From a virus (lineage: Duplodnaviria > Caudoviricetes), in the IMG/VR virus record IMGVR_UViG_3300025606_000018, positions 1-25,575 of that record: a stretch of 25,575 nucleotides of DNA, one strand, 5' to 3'. Numbering within the stretch: the stretch's first letter is position 1; every line of letters begins with the position of its first letter. The notes under the pieces were generated by a model. It was not told the DNA's origin, did not search any database, and worked only from the letters and a program-made list of their open reading frames with translations. The position numbers and the translations under genes were made by a program. Positions 16,204-24,083 of the stretch are shown here, piece by piece.

Positions 16204-17260
16204 ATTTAGTATTCAAATACGCCTCAATTTGCTGGCGTTCTGTGCTACTTACGGCTCGATTGTACATTATTGTTTCTGCTATTTGTCCGTTAAAATACTC
16301 TGACGCGCTAAAGGATTGATTATATCCACCAATCTGCAAAAGTCCTGTTGTTGTTCGCATATTTCCACCAAGCTCATTGTTTGATGTTTGCACTCCAGCA
16401 TCGTAAGTAATTATATCTGTTCCATCATAAGTCATAGATAATAACCGTGGAGTTCCATCAGTTATATTTATATTTGAATCAATATCTGGCCATGCCTCTA
16501 CTACAGAACTAACTGGCCAATCAAGATTACCGTTGAAAAGTCCAAGTGTTCCAACCATTCCATATACGGCTGGATCTTCTGGAAATCCGTCATCCGCGTT
16601 TTTTATATAAATAACATCATTTCCAAGACCGTCTCCTAAATATTTTAAAACAATAAAACAAGATGTATTTAAGAAATCTAAACTATTTGTGTCCGCAATC
16701 TGCATTACTTGTCCTTGACCATTAAACTCAATAGCTGGTTTTGAGTTTGAGAAAGAAGATGCAAATGTTGGCTCTTGGCCAGAGTTTGCACTTGCATTAT
16801 TACCATTTCCACTTTGATCTGCCCAAGCTGTTACAATAAAGTTTCCAGTTGCAGTTAGCGAAGTTGTTGCTGTTGGTGCTGGAGATGCCCCATTTGAAAT
16901 ACCTATTGAAGTTATTGAAGTATAATTTATTATAAGGCTATAAGTTGTATCTCCAAAGTCAGCGTCATAAATAAAGAATAATAGACCATTATCTGCTGAA
17001 TCAAAATTTATTGTATTTCCATTTGGCCCGCTAAAACTTGTAGTGCCACCAGATGCTCTTGTGTATGTTCCGTCAGATGTTGTTGTCTCAGCACCGCTAA
17101 TTACAATTTGGCTTATAAATTGTTCTGCTTGCGTTGTAGTGCCAGCATCAGCCTTGAGCCATAAGGATAGGCCAGACTGAGGGATTGGAGAAACAGATCC
17201 TCTGTGTCTAAACATCTTCCTGTTTATAGGAAGAGGACACGCTGTTGAATACAAAGGCAC
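16190..17260 (-). CDS. LamG/concanavalin A-like lectin-domain virion protein
   Basis: GTG start with GAGG SD; GLSLWLKADAG...VTAWADQSGNGNNA...KPAIEFNG...LQIGG...FNGQIAETIMYNRAVSSTERQQIEAYLNTKYAI. Confidence 0.8.
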   Translation of the reverse strand: MPLYSTACPLPINRKMFRHRGSVSPIPQSGLSLWLKADAGTTTQAEQFISQIVISGAETTTSDGTYTRASGGTTSFSGPNGNTINFDSADNGLLFFIYDADFGDTTYSLIINYTSITSIGISNGASPAPTATTSLTATGNFIVTAWADQSGNGNNASANSGQEPTFASSFSNSKPAIEFNGQGQVMQIADTNSLDFLNTSCFIVLKYLGDGLGNDVIYIKNADDGFPEDPAVYGMVGTLGLFNGNLDWPVSSVVEAWPDIDSNINITDGTPRLLSMTYDGTDIITYDAGVQTSNNELGGNMRTTTGLLQIGGYNQSFSASEYFNGQIAETIMYNRAVSSTERQQIEAYLNTKYAIY

Positions 17261-17269
17261 AGCGTACCT

Positions 17270-17674
17270 CTAACTTAATACTGTAACTTTAGCTGTTCCT
17301 GCCGATCCAAGTATTCCACCAATCAATCCAGTATAGTTCATTGGAACTTCGTAATACTCGCCACTTCCAACACTCGCTGTGTATGAAGTTGTGGATGTGG
17401 TTTGAGTTCCAAGAGTAAGATACAATCGTCCAGCACCTTCGTTAAAAATAGTACATCCGAGCCTAGCCGTTGACGATGTTGCTATTGTTCCATAGCTAGT
17501 GGATGTAAAGTCTCTTGGTCCAGTTCCTCCAGTAGTCGCGTTTGGCAACCGAATACCATCAGCAACGTCAGCTTGGAGGGTTACAAGTAAAGCTTCAATG
17601 TCAGCTACGTTAACATTGATAGCCATCGTTCCGCCACTAAGGGCATCAATAATCGTATTCCACTGCCGTCCCAT
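17270..17674 (-). CDS. Putative virion structural/decoration protein
   Basis: 134 aa, AAGGAG SD; short helix then RLGCTIFNEGAGRLYLTLG...GEYYEVP..YTGLIGGI small beta-sandwich pattern. Confidence 0.55.
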   Translation of the reverse strand: MGRQWNTIIDALSGGTMAINVNVADIEALLVTLQADVADGIRLPNATTGGTGPRDFTSTSYGTIATSSTARLGCTIFNEGAGRLYLTLGTQTTSTTSYTASVGSGEYYEVPMNYTGLIGGILGSAGTAKVTVLS

Positions 17675-17685
17675 TTTAGGACTCC

Positions 17686-17922
17686 TTAATCTTTACGAGC
17701 GTAGATAGCCATCGCACCGCCAGTTAAAGCAACCTGGTCAATGTCACCGTAAACGGTAACACCAGCGTTGAATGTAGCTGCGGTTGTAGCACCACTGATA
17801 ACAAGGGTAGCTGTGGATAATGTAAGAGCAGTTACCGCATCGTAGCTTCCAGTATTAGTGGAAGCTGACGATGCAATAATTGTCCCACCATTACCAAGCG
17901 TAAGGCGAGATAAGAGTCGCAT
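17686..17922 (-). CDS. Small beta-rich hypothetical virion protein
   Basis: 78 aa, TFNAGVTVYGDIDQVALTGGAMAIY; in the structural operon. Confidence 0.55.
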   Translation of the reverse strand: MRLLSRLTLGNGGTIIASSASTNTGSYDAVTALTLSTATLVISGATTAATFNAGVTVYGDIDQVALTGGAMAIYARKD

Positions 17923-17926
17923 ACAA

Positions 17927-18121
17927 TTAGCTGTGTAGTGCGATTCTGTAAGACGTGCCGTTAAGAGTCACGTTCAAGGACGCAGGGGATGTTGCAACAG
18001 TATTAACCGTGCCACCACTGGAGCTTGCCGTAAACTCAATTACGTTGGTCTGACCCTGGGTATCAAAGCGAATAGCTTTTCCCTTGGCCTTGCGTTGGCT
18101 TCGTACAAATTCATTTGCCAT
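17927..18121 (-). CDS. Small hypothetical virion protein
   Basis: 64 aa, AAGGAG SD; C-terminal LNVTLNGTSYRIAL resembles short fibre/trimer termini. Confidence 0.55.
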   Translation of the reverse strand: MANEFVRSQRKAKGKAIRFDTQGQTNVIEFTASSSGGTVNTVATSPASLNVTLNGTSYRIALHS

Positions 18122-18122
18122 A

Positions 18123-18401
18123 TTATTTTCTCCTTAAAGCTGCACGTTTGATACTATCTGGCGTGTACTTACTTTTGAATCTACTGCCAAGCTTTTGTTC
18201 CTGGCGATAGTACCCCTTCAACAAGTTTGTTTGATTGACTCCCAGCGGGTTGTCGAGGGGTTCGCCAACCCCCACTAGGCTCAATCTTTGCGGGACGGTG
18301 AATCGTTTAAGATAACGAGGGACAGAGTCCCTTTCGGCCACAGCCTTTTCCAGTTCGACAACTTTCCCATTTCTGGAGTCCTCGTACTGGTAAATAGGCA
18401 T
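18123..18401 (-). CDS. FmdB-like zinc-ribbon-derived protein lacking cysteines
   Basis: MPIYQYEDSRNGKVVE parallels the MPxYxYxCxxCGxxxE start of FmdB-like proteins; TAATATG stop-start junctions on both sides. Confidence 0.5.
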   Translation of the reverse strand: MPIYQYEDSRNGKVVELEKAVAERDSVPRYLKRFTVPQRLSLVGVGEPLDNPLGVNQTNLLKGYYRQEQKLGSRFKSKYTPDSIKRAALRRK

Positions 18402-18402
18402 A

Positions 18403-18771
18403 TTAGCTATAGTTATTCTTATCCGACTCCTCGGCCATCTTCATCATCTTTTCCTCTTCGGACATTGAGTTTTCACCTTCGGCCATGTCTTCCGACTTGT
18501 CCTTGGATTCACTCTCGGTCATAGCGTGTTCCACATTAACGTGGGCAACGCCATTCTCGATCATGTCAATTGTTCCAGAGAGTTCTACAGAATCACCTAC
18601 TTCTGGTGAAACATTCTCACTTCCATCGTTCATCTCGAACTTGGAAATTGGAAGCATCACCATTCCAGATTTCATCATTTTATTCATAGGTTTTTCAGAT
18701 GAGGAAGAAGCTGGGGAGGTGTTACCCTCCCCAGCTTTCCGAGGACTCATAGCGATTACTAGAGTTCCCAT
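18403..18771 (-). CDS. Acidic Met-rich head-region protein
   Basis: 122 aa directly after the capsid gene; small beta core (PEVGDSVELSGTIDMIENGVAHVNV) and a C-terminus similar to that of the scaffold. Confidence 0.6.
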   Translation of the reverse strand: MGTLVIAMSPRKAGEGNTSPASSSSEKPMNKMMKSGMVMLPISKFEMNDGSENVSPEVGDSVELSGTIDMIENGVAHVNVEHAMTESESKDKSEDMAEGENSMSEEEKMMKMAEESDKNNYS

Positions 18772-18778
18772 TTAATTA

Positions 18779-19807
18779 TTAGCTATAGTTTGACTTCGCA
18801 ACGATGACTCGGAAGAACCGAGTATCGAGTTGCTTGGCCGCATAGAACGTCTTGAACGAGGCAATAACGCGCTGGTTGTAAACGTCACTCTTGTCGGGAG
18901 CATCAAGGATCGTTACCTTCGGAGCGAAGGGCGAGCCAGAGGCTGCCAACGAGGACAAGCTAGGAACACCAAACGCGCCACCACCGAGGAGGACGTTGGC
19001 ATAACCAGTGTTAACACCAGTTGTTCCAACGCTGTTCTCTGCGATGCCAGAAGCGGAGGTATTGAAGGTCTGTACGTTGGTCGAAGAAATGACCGATACG
19101 CCAAACAATTTACCGATCTCACCTTTGAAGATTGCTTCGGGATTCGAGTAGCTCGAAACCTTCAACCAATCATCGTCTTGCTGCAAGTCACGGATAACGG
19201 CAGGATGCGCAACAAGCGCGTAGCCGTCCTTGATCTTGGGAGCGCGGCTGATGAACAACGAAGTCGCACCATCGAGCAAGTCGGTGGCTGTGATTGCGCT
19301 GTTAGCAACGGACGAGGTAGCCCAGGTCGTGCCGTTAGTCGTGTTCTGAGCATAACGGGCATACGATTTGGTTGCTACGCCAGTACCAGTGCTGGTCGAG
19401 GAGTCCTGCACCAACGCGCGGTGACAGAGTGTGTCAGCGTGAAGGGCGGCATCTTCGCCGAGTTGTTTGGTGGCCTGTGCCAAGTGCGAGAACAATTCGG
19501 TTGCGAGAACAACATCCGTTAGGATGATCTTGCTTCCGTACTGTACCAACGTGGCTTCCACTGAAGACAACGTGAGATCACGTTCGTCACCAGAGGTAGG
19601 AGTAGTTCCTTCCGAGAGGGAGGAGATCGCAGAGATGCTGGGATCGCCGAATCGGAAGAATCGGATTGTTTTGTTTCCACCCGTTTTGGTAGGGTAGGGG
19701 GCTTTCATTGCGAATTGCTCCATTTGGAGCAATGGGATTGCACGTTCCAATAACGCCTTCGAGAAGTACGTCTGGAACTGTGCACTGACTGAACCAGTAG
19801 TTACCAT
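18779..19807 (-). CDS. Major capsid protein (N4-gp56-like, HK97 fold)
   Basis: 342 aa; TYFSKALLERA, KTIRFFRF, LSEGTTP, ATLVQYG, YALVAHP..IRDL, GEIGKLFGV, DKSDVYNQR; follows the scaffold. Confidence 0.9.
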   Translation of the reverse strand: MVTTGSVSAQFQTYFSKALLERAIPLLQMEQFAMKAPYPTKTGGNKTIRFFRFGDPSISAISSLSEGTTPTSGDERDLTLSSVEATLVQYGSKIILTDVVLATELFSHLAQATKQLGEDAALHADTLCHRALVQDSSTSTGTGVATKSYARYAQNTTNGTTWATSSVANSAITATDLLDGATSLFISRAPKIKDGYALVAHPAVIRDLQQDDDWLKVSSYSNPEAIFKGEIGKLFGVSVISSTNVQTFNTSASGIAENSVGTTGVNTGYANVLLGGGAFGVPSLSSLAASGSPFAPKVTILDAPDKSDVYNQRVIASFKTFYAAKQLDTRFFRVIVAKSNYS

Positions 19808-19838
19808 ATAATTAAGTATCCTTGTTTGTTATGACTAC

Positions 19839-20810
19839 TCAGTTTCTGTCAACTTCGCTTGCCATTTTCATCAATTCACGTTCTTGCTCATCGAGCGTTA
19901 GTTCGTGAAAAGCTTTAGTCTTGGCAGGACCTTTGGGTTGTCCAGACGCTGGAGTAGTCGCTTTTCTGAGTTGAGAAAGTTCTTTCTCATACTCTGCAAC
20001 CTTCTTCTTCAAATCGGAGGCGGACTCCGCTTGGAGCTTCACCTTGGCAATTCCAACTGCATCCTTGATCCCCGCTGGGTAATTACGCAGGATAGCGTGG
20101 TTTTGCAACATTTCCGATACGGCTTTATACAATGTGCTGTTTGAATCTTTGAGTTCTGGATTTGCTTCTACTTCATCAAGCAAATTTTTATCCCATGCAG
20201 ACTTTAGTTCTGCTTGGGTTTTCTGCTCGACTTCTTTCCTTTCCTCAACTTCAATGTCAGCAGCTTTTTGTTCGGCAAGTTTTGCAAGATCGTCACGGCC
20301 TTCATCACGGTAGCTCTTTGCTGCTTCCCTGTAATCTTCCGCGCTAAACTTGCGACTTCCCGACTTTGTCTCGCCTTGAGGAGTTTCTGAAGTCTTCCTT
20401 GCCCTTTCAGCCTCAATCTGCTCGCGTTCTGCTTTGATTCTGGCTTTCTCTGCTCGGACATCTTCCCACTCCTTCTCAAGTCGCGACTTAGCCTTCTCGT
20501 AACGGGTAGGCTTCTTTTCGGAAGCCGACTCCGACTTGTCTTCTGAAGATTGCGTTGTTAAAGAACTTTTATCTTCCTCGGATTTCTCCTTGGTCGATGA
20601 AACCTCATCCGAGGTTTCTAGTTTTGTTTGTTCGGCTTTTTCAGCAGGCGCGGGTGTCTGCTCGTTATCTCCGCTGGCCTTTTCTGTAGCTTCTGTTTCT
20701 ACTTTGGCTTTTTCGTCTTCCTTGGGAGTAGGAGTGAAATCCCGTCCTTCGTCAGCCGCTTGCGCCATCGCCAATACATCCGCTTCAGTAAGGTTATTTG
20801 AATCTGCCAT
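19839..20810 (-). CDS. Capsid scaffolding protein
   Basis: 323 aa, highly charged; disordered acidic N-terminus and long coiled coils; immediately upstream of the capsid gene. Confidence 0.75.
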   Translation of the reverse strand: MADSNNLTEADVLAMAQAADEGRDFTPTPKEDEKAKVETEATEKASGDNEQTPAPAEKAEQTKLETSDEVSSTKEKSEEDKSSLTTQSSEDKSESASEKKPTRYEKAKSRLEKEWEDVRAEKARIKAEREQIEAERARKTSETPQGETKSGSRKFSAEDYREAAKSYRDEGRDDLAKLAEQKAADIEVEERKEVEQKTQAELKSAWDKNLLDEVEANPELKDSNSTLYKAVSEMLQNHAILRNYPAGIKDAVGIAKVKLQAESASDLKKKVAEYEKELSQLRKATTPASGQPKGPAKTKAFHELTLDEQERELMKMASEVDRN

Positions 20811-20826
20811 TTGACCCTTTCTTACA

Positions 20827-20856
20827 CTTTTCGGTAGGGAGTCATTCTACCTAAAG
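20827..20856 (-). promoter_or_regulatory. Imperfect stem-loop in the scaffold leader
   Basis: mRNA CUUU-A-GGUAG-AAUGACUCC-CUACC-GA-AAAG, 16 nt before the scaffold ATG; no U-tract, so not an intrinsic terminator in this direction. Confidence 0.35.
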
Positions 20857-20857
20857 G

Positions 20858-21181
20858 TTAGTCGGCTACTGGTTCATCCGATCCATCCCCATAGCCTGGA
20901 ATGGCGGAGTTAAGTTTTTGGGATGCGAGCGATTCTAAGGTCGCAACGCAAGCCCTATATCCTTTAGCATGTCCACAAGCGTCTGCAAGTTCCTCTGGTT
21001 TCTTCATTACAGCAGAGGCGTTTTGACGCAGGGTTAGGTTAAGCAAAATAAGACTAAGCTTCTGTCCAGTTGGGGTTGACAAGAATCCTGTCCACGCCTT
21101 CTCATCCTCATCCTCCCACTTAGGTTCGTTTACCCATTCTTGGTTGCGAATGAACGCCAATGCTGCTTTTAGTTTTCTCAT
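20858..21181 (-). CDS. Hypothetical protein of the portal-scaffold interval
   Basis: Likely start MRKLK at 21181 (ATGA overlap with the methyltransferase stop); FLSTPTGQKL and GHAKGY resemble small conserved proteins found after podoviral portals. Confidence 0.6.
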   Translation of the reverse strand: MRKLKAALAFIRNQEWVNEPKWEDEDEKAWTGFLSTPTGQKLSLILLNLTLRQNASAVMKKPEELADACGHAKGYRACVATLESLASQKLNSAIPGYGDGSDEPVAD

Positions 21182-21708
21182 AGTTTTATTGCCCATGAAT
21201 CGCCTTGGAATAGAGTATAGTCCTTTTGTCCTATCTCTTCAAGCAAGGCCATTTTTACTGACTTCCAACTCCAATCGTGACCAGCCATAATCCCACCTTC
21301 TTTAAGCTTTTTGCGCCATCCTTTTAGGTCTGCAAGCACGCCTTCGTACCTATGATCTCCGTCAATATAAACAAGATCGCACGATTTATCTTCGACAAAT
21401 TCAAGTGCATCTAGGCTTTTGCCACGGCTAAAACTTGCATTCTTTAAGTCTTTTGTACGCTCTTGGAACGCCTCAAATACAAACTTCATCGGGCATTGCT
21501 GACTCGCCCTATCGTTAATATCGTAGCCATTAAGCCACGGATCTATTGCTAAAACTTCCTTAAAATGATTGGCTATGACTACTGTTCCCTCGCCACTATA
21601 TGCACCAATCTCAATTGCCTTACCAGTTGCGCCTTGTTCGTTAGCCCACTGACAAAGATGTTTTAAACCTTCCGATTGGAAGGCATCCCGCATTACTGGT
21701 ACTTTCAA
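21178..21708 (-). CDS. Class I SAM-dependent methyltransferase (Methyltransf_24-like)
   Basis: IEIGAYSGEGT (motif I), LAIDPW, RGKSLDAL, DLVYIDGDHRYEGVLADL, LKEGGIMAGHDW. Confidence 0.9.
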   Translation of the reverse strand: MKVPVMRDAFQSEGLKHLCQWANEQGATGKAIEIGAYSGEGTVVIANHFKEVLAIDPWLNGYDINDRASQQCPMKFVFEAFQERTKDLKNASFSRGKSLDALEFVEDKSCDLVYIDGDHRYEGVLADLKGWRKKLKEGGIMAGHDWSWKSVKMALLEEIGQKDYTLFQGDSWAIKL

Positions 21709-23585
21709 CCCGCCATCGGTGCGGGTGCTTGGCCTTGCATTGCTTCTTGAGGCAATTGTTGCCCCTGCTGTTGCATCTGAGCCTTACCTGCATCACGAAG
21801 CTGTTTCTGGATAGCGCGGGATGTGTTTGGATCAACCTGTTCCAAGGCTGCTAAGTGCTGTTGCAAGTGTGCCATCAGAACTTGCATTGCGCTCTGATCG
21901 ACCGCTTGTTGCCGCTGTTGAGCCGCTTGGTTAAACGCGAAGAGAACGGATATATGCGCTTTGTGATCATCGCTAGGCTTGATGGCGACTGGGAATCCAG
22001 TTGCAAGCATAGTCGCGATTTCAGTCGCTTGATCTTCAGCTTGATCGCCAGAGGCTGCGTTTGGATCTTGGAAGAGTCTGCGGACCAGCGAGGGATCATC
22101 TTGTTCAAGCACTGACTTTACCAGTTCGCCTTGGTTCACGAAAGGATTATTTTGGAACATCTGCATTCGCGCCACAGATTTCTGCAACGCAAACTGACGG
22201 TTAATAAAGTCAAGTCCACCCTTCGGCTCAATCGAATACTCATCATGGATACCTTCGGGTGGCATTGAACCAGTTTCTTCCGCATAGCGGTACATCAAGT
22301 CTTTCTTGTTGTACTGCGTGTAAAGCGACCAGCATTGTTTGAAGAGATGAGCTAGACCCATTCGGAACATACGATTGCGTAAATCACCAGATGCTGCTGC
22401 CTGCGACTGCAACGCTTGGATCTCGGTAGCAGTCTTGCGATCTGACATCTGGTACTGCGATCCAGAACCAAAGTCTGGATTGCCCATTCGCTGTTCGGAA
22501 AGCAGTCGCTCTTCAAGCATCAGTTTCTGGAAGTCAAATGGAGGCTGGCTAAACTGAACAGGTTTCAAACCTTGTGGCAGAATCTGCCCAGGCTGCATCT
22601 TCAAGTTTGATGTGTTTAGCGAGATCGGATTCTGTGCTTCAAAAACGGGTCGGTTGGCCAGTTCAACGTAATCGGAGAGGGAGTTTTTGAGCTTATTTAG
22701 CAGATTCTCATTAGGGAGCAGGATCTCTGCTACGCCTCTCGGACTGTACCAACCGCCCCCTGTGACCTCATAGGGGAAATCTACGAAAGGTGGTTCGCCG
22801 TGACGATATGGTAATGTGAAAGGCTTGCGGACATCTTCAGTTACGACAAGCGGACTGTACGTCTCAACCTTCCATCCGTCTTCAGAAGGTGTGTACATCT
22901 CCCAAAGAATAATGCGATCATTCTCAGCTTCTTGAGTAATTCCCTCGCGTCTATAAATCTCGTCTTGAATCTCACTTCGTAAGCCCACCGATTTGGATGG
23001 TTTACCCGAAATTGTTTTGATAAAGTTCTCATCCTGCTTGTACAAGGGATTTGCCTTATAGGAATCGACACTCGTTGAGATGATGTGAACGATGAAATCT
23101 GCATCTTTGAACTCCTTGGTATAGGAAGGAACGATGATATGGAAAGGATCAATAGCCTCAAACTCAATGCGCTTCTTGTCCTCATTCCAGATTACCTTTG
23201 ACACTCCACGTCCGTAGAGGAGCAAATTGTCAATTACGGAAACAATCTCTTTCTGGAAGTTAGTACGCTCACGCATATTGTAATCAAACCAACGCTCGGC
23301 TGATACGGTAAGCGGAGTCAACTGCTGGCGCATCGGTACGAAACTTGAAAGAATGTCGTTGCCAATCGCGCTGTTGACGAAAGAAGGCTTTAGCTTCTCA
23401 ATCGCTGTGTCGATTAGCTGAACGTGCAAATCTGCGGCTGTAGGCCAAGGCTTGACCTTACGGCGCACGCCAAAGTAGCGAGCTTGATAGAACAACCGTT
23501 GGCGATTTTCCCAAGTCTCTCGCTGGTTAAGTGCATCAATAATTCTTGTGTAATAATCTGTACGGCGAGTATCTTTAGCGTTCAT
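21705..23585 (-). CDS. Portal protein (podoviral, P22-like)
   Basis: 626 aa between terminase and scaffold; LLYGRGVSKV, IDPFHIIVP, HGEPPFV, WYSPRGV, KTATEIQ, DDHKAHI, and a Gln-rich C-terminal tail. Confidence 0.85.
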   Translation of the reverse strand: MNAKDTRRTDYYTRIIDALNQRETWENRQRLFYQARYFGVRRKVKPWPTAADLHVQLIDTAIEKLKPSFVNSAIGNDILSSFVPMRQQLTPLTVSAERWFDYNMRERTNFQKEIVSVIDNLLLYGRGVSKVIWNEDKKRIEFEAIDPFHIIVPSYTKEFKDADFIVHIISTSVDSYKANPLYKQDENFIKTISGKPSKSVGLRSEIQDEIYRREGITQEAENDRIILWEMYTPSEDGWKVETYSPLVVTEDVRKPFTLPYRHGEPPFVDFPYEVTGGGWYSPRGVAEILLPNENLLNKLKNSLSDYVELANRPVFEAQNPISLNTSNLKMQPGQILPQGLKPVQFSQPPFDFQKLMLEERLLSEQRMGNPDFGSGSQYQMSDRKTATEIQALQSQAAASGDLRNRMFRMGLAHLFKQCWSLYTQYNKKDLMYRYAEETGSMPPEGIHDEYSIEPKGGLDFINRQFALQKSVARMQMFQNNPFVNQGELVKSVLEQDDPSLVRRLFQDPNAASGDQAEDQATEIATMLATGFPVAIKPSDDHKAHISVLFAFNQAAQQRQQAVDQSAMQVLMAHLQQHLAALEQVDPNTSRAIQKQLRDAGKAQMQQQGQQLPQEAMQGQAPAPMAG

Positions 23586-23821
23586 TTATTGCGCTCCACT
23601 TTAAGTTCGTATGAAAGATCGTTGACTGCATTCAAGGCTTTCCTAGCCCATTCGCGTGTGCCAGGTGTGCCTCTGCGAATCTCATTGTAGTTTTGATCTT
23701 TCATCAACTCTTCAACTATTCCCGTTGTGTGGGTTACTGGTGTCGTTGTTGCGCAACCACCAAGACTCACCACGCAGATCACGCTCAATAGCTTCGCGAT
23801 TATGCTTCCACTCGCCTTCAA
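23582..23821 (-). CDS. Outer-membrane lipoprotein, o-spanin (Rz1-like)
   Basis: An in-frame TTG at 23821 within track ORF 23582..23893 gives MKASGSIIAKLLSVICVVSLGGC-ATTTP with lipobox LGGC; overlaps the 3' part of the preceding gene in another frame. Confidence 0.65.
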   Translation of the reverse strand: MKASGSIIAKLLSVICVVSLGGCATTTPVTHTTGIVEELMKDQNYNEIRRGTPGTREWARKALNAVNDLSYELKVERNK

Positions 23822-23900
23822 TGTTGCTGACTCGCTTCTCACGCCATGCTGGGATGAGGCGAAGGATTGATGCGATGAGATTAAATATCGCACCGATCAC
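23712..23900 (-). CDS. Putative i-spanin (Rz-like), unusually short
   Basis: GTG start; hydrophobic N-terminus MIGAIFNLIASILRLIPAW then a charged helix; overlapped by the lipoprotein gene. Confidence 0.5.
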   Translation of the reverse strand: MIGAIFNLIASILRLIPAWREKRVSNIEGEWKHNREAIERDLRGESWWLRNNDTSNPHNGNS

Positions 23901-23907
23901 TTGCTAC

Positions 23908-24078
23908 TTATTTAATGTTTAGACCAATCGTCTTTAGAAAATTAACGATCTTTTCCAAGAACGAATCGTCAGCGGGTGTTGGAGTAAGTTTAACAATGAT
24001 GCGAGCAGCAAGAACGATGCCACCGATAGCAGCTACGATCTCTTGCCAATTTGCAGTAATCCAATTCCAGATATTCAT
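23908..24078 (-). CDS. Putative holin (56 aa), not in ORF track
   Basis: Hand translation MNIWNWITANWQEIVAAIGGIVLAARIIVKLTPTPADDSFLEKIVNFLKTIGLNIK*; GGAGG SD upstream; TM helix, LTPTPxDD motif and amphipathic helix. Confidence 0.7.
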   Translation of the reverse strand: MNIWNWITANWQEIVAAIGGIVLAARIIVKLTPTPADDSFLEKIVNFLKTIGLNIK

Positions 24079-24083
24079 AGTGT

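Noticed and set aside
13345-17260. Diversity-generating retroelement or invertible tail-fibre cassette
   Set aside because: No reverse transcriptase, adenine-variant template/variable repeat pair, invertase or inverted duplicate tip seen in this window; cannot exclude one elsewhere in the genome.
18830-19522. 230-aa plus-strand ORF antisense to the capsid gene
   Set aside because: No recognisable motif or SD; explained by codon bias of the strongly supported capsid gene on the other strand.
21178-21708. DNA methyltransferase or restriction-modification system with the PD-(D/E)XK nucleases
   Set aside because: Lacks DNA MTase catalytic motifs and lies ~19 kb from the nucleases.
23822-23893. 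ATG at 23893 as start of the 103-aa ORF
   Set aside because: Would put the lipobox Cys ~47 residues in; the TTG at 23821 gives a normal-length lipoprotein signal.
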